Assembly (NCBI GenBank): GCA_905331295.1
Contig: CAJNYD010000035.1
Coordinates: 372,001-436,000 of the forward strand
Length of the DNA stretch: 64,000 nt
Direction of reading: 5' to 3'
Source: Rotaria socialis
Taxonomy: Eukaryota
Position 1 is the stretch's first letter; each line of letters starts with the position of its first letter. The notes beneath the pieces were generated by a model. It searched no databases, was not told the origin of the DNA, and saw nothing but the letters and a program-made list of their open reading frames with translations. The translations under genes and the position numbers were made by a program. This document shows, piece after piece, positions 24,901 through 36,921 of the stretch.

Positions 24901-26366
24901 TAATATATATACATATATTATAAACTGGCAATGTCTTACCTTTGTTCCATCCTTTTTAAAATGAACAGTGTGCTACACTTAGAGTCTATTTCATTTATCT
25001 TTAGCGTCTTTGTTTTTCTTTTTAATGCTGTTCTTTGTGCAGTGAGCATCTAGAAAAACTAAGGCTAATTTAACATTCTTTTGTATTTATTTGGTCTAAG
25101 TTTCTTTTTCCTATTCAATTCAAAATCTATTATTCATTGTTTATTATATATCAACATCAATCAAACACGTAGAGTTATGGATAACACTGCGTATTGCATT
25201 TCCAAACTATTTTTTTCTTTTATTCTGCTGTATTTTATCTCAAGCATCAGGTTTTTATAATATCATTATTTTTTTTCGGCACATACTAATTGGTGTATCT
25301 TATCTCTTCCGGAAAAGAGGAAGATTTTCTTTTGTTGTTGTTGTTGTTGTTGTTTTTGTTGTGATTGTTTGGTTGGTATATTTACATGCACTCATACTTT
25401 ATTTTATTCTGTTAAATTGACGTCATCATCGATCGAATAATAAAGAAAAAAGAAGCTTGAGATATTATCTTTAATGCAATTACAATCTACTTTAGTTTCA
25501 AGTCTTTATAGGAAATGTTCAAATCAACTGAACAAATGTTCTTTTAACGTGGCAAAATGTTTATATTCATCTGACCTTCGCCTTTTGAATTGAAAGTTTT
25601 CATAGATTGTATTCTGGATAAAATTCATATTAATTCGTACTGTTGCATACACTTCTATGACAATTAAATCTTTTATAAAAAAATCTCAGAAAGCGGAAGT
25701 ATTGTTAGCATTCCAATGAGAATAAAAAGTTCGTTCAAGAACTGAGTTTTATATTATCTTTACAAACTTATATATGATAACAGTCATAAGCGTTATGAAC
25801 ACATGTGTGAGGCTAATAGTTATTTTATTCACTGATCTATTATGTAAGCCCGAGGCTCTAACAATGACTCAGCTGTACTATAACATTTCAAATAATATTC
25901 TATGACTAATAATTACTGTAGTGTTTTTGATAGTCATTGAATTCAGTTTACTATTGTCAAAACACAGATAACTGCAAGATCTACATTCATACACGTTATT
26001 ATCAGGCGAAAACATTTGAATAATAATGGTTGGTTTTTTCTTATTGATTTTTTAAGAAAATTAATAAAATTCCATAGATTTCGTTGTTATTATTATAAAT
26101 AATCATGTGCATTCACTTGGAACACATAGTTAAAAATCAAAATCGATAGTAAAAATGTCAAAATTCAACAGAAAGCAGACTATTCAGGGATCATGTTGAC
26201 GACAAGCTTTCGAAATATTATATTATATCGTTAAGTCTGAAAATTTGATCCTTGTATACGTCTTTAAGATAATATTATTCAAAAAAGAATTACTACAATG
26301 TTAACGATATGTTAATACTTTACGATGAGCTTTATTAATGTCAAGGAAGTATTTCCCATTTTAATC

Positions 26367-26370
<4 letters not shown>

Positions 26371-26398
<28 letters not shown>
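26371..26398. repeat. (AG)n microsatellite
   Basis: agagagag... tract. Confidence 0.9.
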
Positions 26399-29300
26399 TT
26401 ATGTCAAACTGGGTTTTTAAAATCGATGAGAGAGAAATGAAAATATTTTGTCGCACAAAAATTTTTGAAATTAAACATAGTCGATCGATTAGTCGTGATT
26501 AAAGCAAACAGTAAGACAAAATAAGCAATCCAACTGAATAGAAGGATTTTCCTAGACCACTTCTGTTTCCGGTTGATTAATGAGAAGAAATAATTATTGC
26601 GTAATTTAAATAGACAGTTGGAACGCTCCAGAATATTGTCCTCAAATTGAAAGAACATCAAAGTTCAATTTAATTTCATAAGAAATTATTGAGTTGAAAA
26701 AAGAACTAAGATTTAACTGATGATCAATTCAAAATGTTCAAATAAACAATATAATAGTCCTATGAAGGATTTAACATTGATGTCTGTACACAGAAAAGTA
26801 AGAATTTAAGTAGAATCAACTTATTTATGTTCATGAGAAGTATAGTAACAGTGTAAACAAAAGTAAATACAACAAATAACCAATTGCATTATTATGTCTG
26901 AATCCAGTTCCAATAATAATACTGAACTCAATTAGTTGACAAGCATAAACGTTTAGCTCTTCTGAGTCATCAGACAGATGTAACTTTTACAGATTGACAT
27001 GCCAATTACAATTTCGATACTCTGATCGCAGATGGTCCATATCTACGTCTTAGTACAATCATGAATACTAAAATATCGCAGTATATATTTCTCTGTCTCT
27101 ACTTTATGCTGCTGATGAGCATTCTGAATTATCGTTTATCTTTGTTGAAAGTTCAATTCTCCCTATCGTTCTCATCTTTGGAAGTATTTGTCAGAGGTAA
27201 GATAGACAAGTGCGTATGTCAATGAAATATATGTAGCTATAGTAATAGAAAGATATTTTGGATTTTATTTTGCAATCTTTCAAAGTAGAAAAGAAGCGAA
27301 ATTAGATAGTAGTTTTCTTGTATCTTTTGGTTAGAAGGTATTATATAGATAAAACATTCACTTCATTCTTGGATATATCTATGAGTCGTTGCTGTCTCAT
27401 TGGTGCAATAGGTTTATATCGATATCTTTTTATTATGTAGATCTCAACTGAGCTCATTGTTTCCGTTAAAATCGATTGTCAAGATTTCTATACCAACGAA
27501 ATTCCTTTAGATCTATATCAAAGGCTAACAAAAGTAAAGAGACTCGAGAAGAATATGAGCATCCTTTTTTCTTTGAAAATGATTTCACTATAAATTCAGT
27601 TGTTTAGGTATTATCTGGATAGGCTGAAATAAATTTTCTTCTGAATACTCTCACTGTGCCCAGCGTACAAAGCGATGTATTTACACGAATATAAAAAGAA
27701 CTAGAAATATAAACGGAAATCTGGGTCAAGAAAAACGTGAAAAGTTGGCAAAATGTGGACTATTATTGCTTCTTAATAGATAATTTGTGTACATTGTGCA
27801 CTATCAGGTTTTGCTATAGTAAACTTTGCTTTACATGTTGATAAATACTTACCATATATTTCATTGAAGTCACTTTCACGAAGCTTTTTAAGGTGAAAGA
27901 AATTGCATTTGTGATCATCACAGAACCTAATTTCTCGCTTTTTTTAGAAGCTGCGAGCAACTATTTTCAGTTAAATGATATATAAAATTCGTTTTTTATG
28001 CTTAAAAACCAAGATAGATTAGGCCCGATTGATAATAGAATATAGTTAAACAAATGATGATATATTTGTGAACAAAAGATAAATCTTTCCACCTTTTCCA
28101 GGCAACGATTGGTTATGACCTTATAGATCGAATTCTTTGTTGCAATTTACAAAAGGATCAAATCGAAATATCAGCTTGTCTAAAACTTGAAGAGTTCTAT
28201 CTTATCGAGAAATCATTCTGTAAAGATACGTTCTCAAACATGACTAACATCATCTTCTCAGTTTGTAATCTCTATTGGACTGTAAAAATGAACATTGAGA
28301 ATTATCGGATTGAAGTTAAATTTCATCTGTTGGCTGTGGTCTGTCTACGTTGCAAATTTCAAGTCGCTCGGAGAAACCATTCTAGAGATAATATGAGAAT
28401 TAGATGGGAGACGCAGTTGTGCTGAAGTTCAGCAGACCGTGATATTCCATTTTTTTACGAATCTTAACATTTTGTTAGGTACTATGGATAGAGACTGCCT
28501 TTGAGACGATGAATTTAAAGCTGAACGGTTTCTCTACTTCTGTAAGTGTAATATAACATTTCACTCTGATAGAAAAGTAGTTGCCACTCAAATAACGATA
28601 GGATATTTTAGGTGTTTCCCTCCCTCTCTCTCTCTCTCTCTCTCTGCAACCAATAGCATCGCCTTGACTGCTTGTTGAAGTTTCAGAAAAATCCATTTGT
28701 ACACTCGACGAATATGATTTAAAAAACGTCTATGCAGTGACAATCGTTTTTGCACCCTACTGTATATTTGATATACATAATATTATGCAAGAAAAACTCA
28801 TATGTTGGCTGTACATATGCATGAAAAAGAAGAAAAAAAAATATTCTGCTTTGCGTTTTATTTTAGGCATGCACGTTTTAGTAAAACTTAAATCAAAGAA
28901 GTTTCCTTTACATTTGTTCTGATAGATGTGTACATTTTTATTTTTGTTGTGTTTGAACAAGAAAATTTTATGAATAAAACAATGAAATTGACGATACTCA
29001 TGGCAGGGTTATCTTATCTTTGTTTTTCTTGACGCAAATTTTAGTTATAGTACTATGGGATATTTTGCTCTTTGAAATAAAGCACTTATTTGTACTCTGC
29101 TTTAGGCTTCTGTTAGAAACGCTGATGATACTTATTTTTTTTGTAGTGGCTTCATATATCTTTTTTTAGAGTAAACTACATTTTGAATTGAAAATCGTCA
29201 TATCGTTCAATCTACCTTATTAATCTATATCTGTTTTAGAAACTAAAATTGAATGTTATTCGTTATTTTTTCCTGAAAATAAGCATTTAAATTCTATGTA

Positions 29301-29690
29301 ATTAAAATTATTAAGAAAAGAAGCATTTATCTATATTGAGAAAGCGTTTGTTTCGGAAATATTTCTATTGAACTTATTTTTAGGAGAAAATAAATAAAAT
29401 CCTCAACTAGCTATTCGTCTATGTATAGTTTTCAATTGGTCCAATCAAACTCTTATTCTTACTAACTGCATAAATGTATCGATAGTTATAAGTGCATTAT
29501 AAATATCGCCTGTAGAGAAACTACGTCTTTGTATCTCAATTATGTACGCAAAATGAAAATGGCCATCGTTTATAGTTGTTCTCTCATTTGAATTGTGTTA
29601 TATTTACCTGTATTAGGGAAATCATTAGGTAGTTTTTGAAGAATTCCTTTATTGACTTTTACTAATCTTAATTCATTTGGAATAACTCCA

Positions 29691-30152
29691 ATGACAGATC
29701 CATTCGGTATTATTTATGGTGTTGCATTGAGTAAATTAAACAAGTTTATCTGCTCTGCAAAAAAATGAATATCTTTTACGTTTAGTTTGTGGTGGTCTAT
29801 TTGGATATTTTCGAACTGGAAGTGTTATCTCACTTGTATTTGGTAATTGAATCCAAAAATTTTATTTGCAAGTTTATTTCTTATGTTATGAATTTAGGTG
29901 TTGTTTTGGGCGTTTGGTCTGTTTATAATGCAATAAATCCTATTCGTCAAAAGCGCATTTCTAATTTAGCTGTAAATAAACGACTAAATTGTTTTCTTTC
30001 GTTCGTCATATTTTCGTTCTTTTTAGATTGCAACAGTTCTTGGTGCTATAATGTTATACCGATTTTATATCAGCGGTAAAGTATTTCCAGCACTTATTGT
30101 TGTTGGATTATCAGTTGCACAAGCCTATCGCAACTATTCAATGCTGAAATAG
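29691..30152 (+). CDS. TMEM14C: TMEM14 family small membrane protein, 4 exons (missed by the ORF track)
   Basis: Spliced: MTDPFGIIYGVALICGGLFGYFRTGSVISLVFGVVLGVWSVYNAINPIRQKRISNLAIATVLGAIMLYRFYISGKVFPALIVVGLSVAQAYRNYSMLK*. This matches the TMEM14 motifs GGxxGYxxxGSxxSL and RFxxSGKxxP. Paralog assignment is uncertain. Confidence 0.85.
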
Positions 30153-30539
30153 GACTTTTGTTGAAGAATAATTTAATTGTTTATTTGTTCTTTGTTTTTT
30201 TTACTTCCTACTTCGTTATCGTGAGCCATGTATTCTTTTATGGAAACATCTATGATAATATTGTTTGGTGTCTTTATCGATACACTTGTCATATGTTTAT
30301 AGATATATTCGTAAAACAAGCAAATATTTTCGTCTTCACATATCGCGTTCTGTTAAATAATTAAACGTGAAACGTATTAACGATATACTATTAACTTTTT
30401 CAGTGCAATACAAAAATGAATTTTTTTCTTACTCTTTTCTTCTAGAATGTGCATATCTATGGTAAAATTTTCTTGTTGGTATTATAACAACAGCGTATAG
30501 AAATCAAATTTTCTTATTTTGAAAATTTAAAATATTACC

Positions 30540-33500
30540 ATGTCGTTTCCACCACATATGCCAATGATGACTCCTATTCCATTCTTTCCTCCCGTTACTT
30601 CTATGATGATGCCACCAAATGTAAATATTTTTTGCATTTTGTAAAATAAAAATAATTTTCTATCGGCTTTTTCTTTCTCAATATTAGATGGCAACACCAC
30701 CACCTGGAATACCTACAGCACCAAATGGAACTCTCAAATCAGGAGACAATGATAAAGTATGTTTCTTATATATATATATATTTATTTATTCAATTAATTG
30801 TATTGAACTGTAGAAAAACCGTCTTCAACCAACTACAACTGTGTTTGTTGGTAGTATTTCTGATAGAGCGCCAGAAGTTATGATGAAACGAATGCTTCAA
30901 GTAAATCATTTTATAAATAAGTTTTTCTTTTATATCATCTTTCTTTCGAATATAGCATTGTGGTAGTGTTGTCAATTGGAAGCGAGTTCAAGGTGCAAAT
31001 GGAAAACTTCAAGGTAATTCAATTATTAACATTCTACTTAGGCATTAAATAATCATTCTATTTTTTAGCATTTGGATTTTGTGAATATGAAAATCCTGAA
31101 AGTACACTTCGTTGTATTCGTCTTCTTAATGGTTGGCAAATACAAGATAAAAAATTAGTCGTAAGTGATTATTAAGTTTTAATTTTCTTCTTTCGATCAT
31201 CAAAAAAATAGGCGCTTATTACAAGTTGTGTATACACACACATACATTCATATACAGAAACACGTGAGTGCTTTACAGTGTGCACATGCGCATTGTATTA
31301 GAACTCCCAATTTTTTCAGTCGAAACGCTTCTACTCGGTTGGGTGTCTTCCTAACTTGATTGATTGGTCTCAAACACGAGTCAGAACAGCAGACAGACAT
31401 TCACCTGGTAACAATTTATATATTCTTCTGTAAACATCACTGATAAGCGATTTACTTTTTGTATAGAACCATTTTTTTTTATATTTTTCTTAGTGTATAT
31501 GTCTACAAAATCCAATAAACTTGTTCTACTTCTAATTAAGAGGCAAGACGTTCTATGAAAAGAAATAAAATAAACAAGAGTGAGTGGTGCCTTGTATTGA
31601 GAAATCTATGTGTATAAAGGATCTATACACTTAAAGATGATTATGTTTTTTTTTTAAATTATACATATTCTTTAAAATTTAACATGATCAATGAAGCTAA
31701 CTCGTTTTTTTCTTCTATTTTTGTTTTCATCATGAAGGTCAAAGTCGATGCTAAAACCAAAGCGTTACTTGATGAATATAAAAAAAAGAAACGACATGAA
31801 TTAGCAAAAAAAGCTGCAAATGATACAACAGCATTCAAATTTATCTACGAAGATGATGAAGATGATAAGAAAAAATCGAACAGTACGGATGCAGATGGAA
31901 AGGTAAAATTCGAAAAACAAAATTGATTACTATTTTTAATTTTGTCTTCTTTTTGTTTTGAAAGAAAAAATCCGGTGAAGAAGGTGAAATTGAAGAAGAA
32001 GAAGATGATTATATTGATGATGAAACACGTCGTGAAGATTTTACAATAAAACAATCACTTGAAACAGTTATGCGTGAATATTCACGTGAAATGAATCAAC
32101 GAGCATTGGAAGCAAAAGAAATGGCAGCTCGTGAAGCGCAAACAACAACACTACCAATACCATCTAATTTATCTATGCCTCCACTACCAATACCTTCGAA
32201 TTCAACAGTTATGCCTACAGCACCAGATGTATCTTCAGTTAATCCAGCAACACGCCGTACTGATCCAGCTGATCCACTTGATGATGAAGAAGGAAAACGA
32301 AATTTAATTTCCAATGAAATACAAATGTTTCGAAATCGTTTCAAAGATGAAGATACAAAAATGCGTAATACTGAAAAAGAACGTAAAGATCGTTATGAAC
32401 GAGAACGTGCATTACAACGGGAAAAACGTGCAGCTGAAGAAGCAACTTCTAGTGAAAATCATAAATTTGGATCATCACCATCATCACGTGGATCGCCACC
32501 TCCATCGTTTTCATCTCGTGATCGTTCTTCACCAAGACGTGAACATAGTAGTAGTACAAGTCGACGTGATCGTTCACCGCCTAGTGATGATCGTTATCGT
32601 AATTCATCGTCAAGAAACAATACCAGTAATTCTGTACGTAGTCGCACAAATGATCGACGTAGTTCACCACCATCGCGTTATGAGCGTCGTTCACCTGTTC
32701 CACCATCGCGTCCATATAGTCGTCGTTCACGAACAAAATCACCTGTGCCAAAAAGTCGTGTTGGGGGTGGTGGTAATAATGAAGAAGATACTGAGGAAGC
32801 TTATGAAAGAAGAAAACAAGAAAGTAGATTGCAAGAAAAGGAAGCTCGTTATCGAGCAGTAAGTCAAATCGAATGAACTCATTTTTAGTGTAGAGTTTTA
32901 ATTTAATTGTCTTTTAGCGATTGAGAGCATGGGAACAACGCGAACGAAAAAGAGGAGCTGTGTATGAAGCTGAGAAACAACGTGAATTAGGTCGTTTACA
33001 TGATGAAGAAAAAGAAGCCAAACATTTGTTATCGTTTCTCGAAGAGTACAATGATGAAACAGATGATCCAAAATATTACAAGTAAATATTTTCTTTCACT
33101 TTGACAACTCAGTCGAATAGTCATATCGTACTGTAATAAAGGTTCAAACCCGCACTAAGGTGATGAATAACCATTAATAATAACTTTCGTTCTTCTGAAA
33201 AAAAATGAAGAGAATATTAACCTGATTAGTGCATTCGATTAATTTTTAAATATTCCTAATTAATATTTATAATAAAATCATGGAAAATTTCTATCTACTT
33301 CTATTTTAGGGGTACAGCATTAGCCAATCGCTTGAAAGATCGTGAACATGAAATTGAAATTGATAATCGTGATCGACATCGTGAAAAAGATGAAATTGAA
33401 GTGCTACGTGTTAAACTACTGCAAGAGAATATTGATGATATTGAATTAGAAATAAAACGACGTTTAGAGAGGGAAGAAGAAAATATTCGTAAACGTTTAG

Positions 33501-34852
33501 TCGAATTGATCAAAGCGACAAGTGATGAATCTAGTGACGAATCAGAAAATGAAGAAGAAAAAGCGAAGAAAACTTCATCAAAAAATCGAAAAGACGCTAT
33601 GGATATGTCAAATAATTTATCAACTGATTTAGTTAATTCAAGTAAGAAAATTTATTTTCAATGAATTCTATTTAAACAATAAAATATATGTTTTATTATT
33701 TATAGTTACTGATAGTCTAAGTCATTCGTCACGAACAACAAATAAAGTTGAATCTCCACCAAATGGTTTGTTACATTTTATAAATATTTTTGTTTTTGTG
33801 TTACTCCCATTATGAAACACAATCTGAAAGAACTGTTGCAGAAACTGATATACATATTTGAACGCTTGAAAAAAGATGACTAAAAACACTTTTTATAGAA
33901 TATAAACACTATTTGATGAGATTTCTTGAGAATTGAACAAAAAAATGTTGCGATAGTAATCTGTTAGAAAACTTATAGGCTACTATTTCTGTGATTCATG
34001 ACAGCTTCTACATTGTTTTGTTTTAACTTATAATCTTAACATAATAATTAACTAAAAATTATTTTGTTTAGATATTAAAGTTAGTCCTCGTCATACGTCT
34101 GCACTTGGTGGTGCACCGATTACTGGTACGAAACTACCGTCAAAACGAAAATTAGCTGTCAATGAAGTATGTTTTTATTGCATGCATATGATACGACACG
34201 AAGTTTTTTTTTTCGTCGATCAGGTGTTTCGTGATGATCAAGATGATGATGGTACGAATGCATTACCGAAAAAATCTAGACTTTTTGCAATAATTGATCA
34301 GCCAACAACTGCTCCCCAAATTCCAATAACACAAAATTCTCCTAAACATTCTATTCCGCATGTTAAAGAAGAACCGATGCATCGAACATCATCCAAACAG
34401 ACGCCGCCAGCTTCTAATGCTAATAATATTTCAGCACAATCACAAGAAGAAAAAAGACAAGCTGTACGTAAATTAATTGAAAGTATTCCAACGAAAAAAG
34501 AAGACTTATTTACATTCGCACTCGATTGGTCACTTCTTGATCCTGTATGTATTTTATTTTTATATTTCTTTGAGTAGATTATAATTTGATTTGTTTGTTT
34601 GTTTTATTGAAGAATCTTATGGAAAAACGTATTAAACCATGGGTAACCAAGAAAATTGTTGAATATATTGGTGAAGAAGAACCAACATTAACAGATTTTA
34701 TATGTACATCCATTATGTCTAAGAAAAGTGCTGACTCTATATTAGCTGATATACGTGTTGTACTTGATGATGAAGCTGAAGTTTTTGTTGTTAAAATGTG
34801 GCGTTTAATTGTTTATGAAATTGAAGCTAAACGGCATGGTCTGAGCAAATAA
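30540..34852 (+). CDS. RBM25: RNA-binding protein 25 (Pro-rich N-terminus, RRM, RE/RS-rich region, PWI)
   Basis: TTVFVGSISDRA...WKRVQGANGKLQAFGFCEY...LVVKVDAKTK (RRM). C-terminus LIESIPTKKEDLF...IKPWVTKKIVEYIGEEEPTLTDFIC...VLDDEAEVFVVKMWRLIVYE (PWI). Confidence 0.97.
33105..33151 (+). promoter_or_regulatory. tRNA-like RNA polymerase III internal promoter (A box + B box) upstream of the snoRNA
   Basis: caactcagtcga at 33105 has 9/12 identity to the tRNA A box TAGCTCAGTCGG. ggttcaaaccc at 33141-33151 is a perfect B box (GGTTCRANNCC). No full cloverleaf can be folded. Confidence 0.6.
33152..33232 (+). ncRNA. SNORD59: Box C/D snoRNA, SNORD59(U59)/snR54 family, in an RBM25 intron
   Basis: 7-bp terminal stem gcactaa/ttagtgc; C box gTGATGA (33160-33166); D' CTGA (33195-33198); C' aTGAAGA (33205-33211); D CTGA (33222-33225). 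The D' guide aactttcgttctt is complementary to the conserved 18S segment AAGAACGAAAGTT (human Am1031, yeast Am974 site). Confidence 0.9.
33243..33247 (+). terminator. Candidate Pol III terminator (T5)
   Basis: First run of 4 or more T after the A box, located 10 nt past the snoRNA stem. Confidence 0.45.
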
Positions 34853-36215
34853 ATAATTTGTTTTTCTATTGTATCTTTGTTTCGCTTAGTCTATTTGCTG
34901 CTGTTTTTGTTTTCTCTCCGACATTTTTCTTTTGTTCTCGGTGTGTATGTGCGTGTCTGTGTAGATTCTTACACATTTTGTTCTATTTACTGAAAAACAA
35001 GAAAGAAAAGAGACTTAGATTTTCGTATGTTTCTGTTAACTTATGTACAAATCAAGACTTATTGCAGCTAAACAAGAAATCGTGCGTGTACGAGTAAACT
35101 TTATCTTTCTTCTTTCTCTAAATGAAAAAAAATCAACATTATTATGTAAATGTATGTCTCTTTTTTGTTCTGTTTTTTTTGTGTCTTCTTGTCTTGTCTT
35201 GTCTTGTCTATGATTTGTTAACACATACAACAAACAATGAAGGAAAAAAAGCCGATCTATCGTCATACATAGATAATTTTTATTTTTACATGCTTTTAAA
35301 AACATTCTGTAACTAAGAAAAATCGTATGTCAAGAAAGAGTCTTTGATTTCAATCATAATCTATTGAATATGTAAGATAGAATGAATGCGTTTGAAATTC
35401 TAACGATTCAATGCTTTACTGACAAACATACTTTATTTCATGTATGCTACAAAACTGGTTTTACTTTAAGCATGTAGCTTTGATTTGATATTTACTATTT
35501 AATTTTATAGTCATGATCGTCAATTTTGTGATACAAAATTTTCTTACTTTATATTACCAATGTAATGTTTAGTGTTGAAAATAAATTTCACTTCAATTCA
35601 TTGACAAGAATCACTCTAGACCTTAACTTATTAAAGTCTCACTCGAGTTTTCATATCAAACTTATAGAACTTTCATGTAGAAAATCAAAATTCCGATGAA
35701 AGTCATTTTTTCAGGTTAATAAAAAGAATCGTTCCTTGTTGCAAACGATTATTCGATTTTGTTTTATACAAACAAAATAATTATCAAAGTTGAATGAAAA
35801 TGTTGGTAAAAATTTTCTGATCATTGAATAGAACATAATCTAGTTTCATCATAAAAAATATCAATATCTCAAAGAAGACGAATAACGTTTTTGTAGGATT
35901 CATTAACGTAGAACTTCTCTTCAGTAGTATTTGGTCTTTCAATCAATTATCTGGTTGTAATTAGAGGTGGCACTACTTTATCTTTACTTCACCGAGTAAA
36001 GTGGATCTACTTTACCCGAATAGTAAAGTAAAGTAAAGTAGTGAAAATTTGAAATTAATTTTTGATTTTTATCTCGTCGTTAGCGCATCGATAACTTCGC
36101 AAAAAATAAATCGATACTTAAAATCTTGTTTTTATTGTTAATTTGAGAATAAAAATTGACAAATTTGGAAAATAGATAGTTTGCATGAATATAAACTCGA
36201 AGTCTATCTAGGTTC

Positions 36216-36921
36216 TAAAGTGGTGGCAAACAGTTTAAGAACAACGTATCTTTGATTTTTTTTTCTATAACGCGAAGCATCTAGCTCAAATTAAAATAGC
36301 AATTTGATTAGCTAATGAGGTGCTCTATCAAATGCATCATATACCAAGATTTCATAGATGAACTATGATGACCAGGTTTCTATAAAGCCGGACATGCCAA
36401 TTTTCAAGTCTCAGAAAACTTTGTTGGACGCATTTTTTTAACAGTGTCATCTTAAAGAGCACAGAATGCTGATCAAAATGAACGGTCGCCGTGTTTTCTA
36501 CGACCTTCCATTGAAAAGTTACAAGCATCGTAAAAGAGAAAAAACAGTAAAATTTATCAGAAAACCACTAAAAATAGCCGAAAAACTGTCTTTTCTCGGT
36601 TTTCGTGATACTTGTAACTTTTCAATGGAAGGTCGTAGAAAACACGGCGACCGTTCATTTTGATCACCATTCTGTGCTCTTTAAGATGGCACTGTTAAAA
36701 AAAATGCGTCCAACAAAGTTTTCTGAGACTTGAAAATTAGCATTTCCGACTTTATAGAAACCTGGTCATCATAGCTCATCTATGAAATCTTGGTATATGA
36801 TGCATTTGATAGAGCACCTCATTAGCTAATCAAATTACTATTTTAATTTGAGCTAGATGCTTCGCGTTATAGAAAAAAAAATCAAAGATACGTTGTTCTT
36901 AAACTGTTTGCCACCACTTTA
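36216..36921. mobile_element. Fold-back/MITE: ~700-bp near-perfect palindrome
   Basis: Arms of ~315 bp (taaagtggtggcaaacagtttaagaacaacg... vs ...cgttgttcttaaactgtttgccaccacttta) with few mismatches and a partly paired ~75-nt centre. Confidence 0.93.

Noticed and set aside
26945..26980. Hammerhead-like CTGATGA-ctc-agaa-gag on the - strand
   Set aside because: It lacks the GAAA core (reads CTAAA) and no stems I or III form.
25500..29600. Scattered short ORFs between SEC62 and TMEM14
   Set aside because: No recognisable domain or phase-consistent exon chain. Likely decayed repeats.
31214..31227. Partial matches to the bdelloid spliced leader as I recall it (GGCTTATTACAACTTACCAAGAG), here and at about 1348 and 11326
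   Set aside because: Only 11-14 nt partial matches with no following GT donor or Sm site. Two of them are antisense to exon or splice-site sequence.
32314..32862. 182-aa alternate-frame ORF in RBM25
   Set aside because: Frame artefact of repetitive cgt/tca codons in the RS-rich exon.
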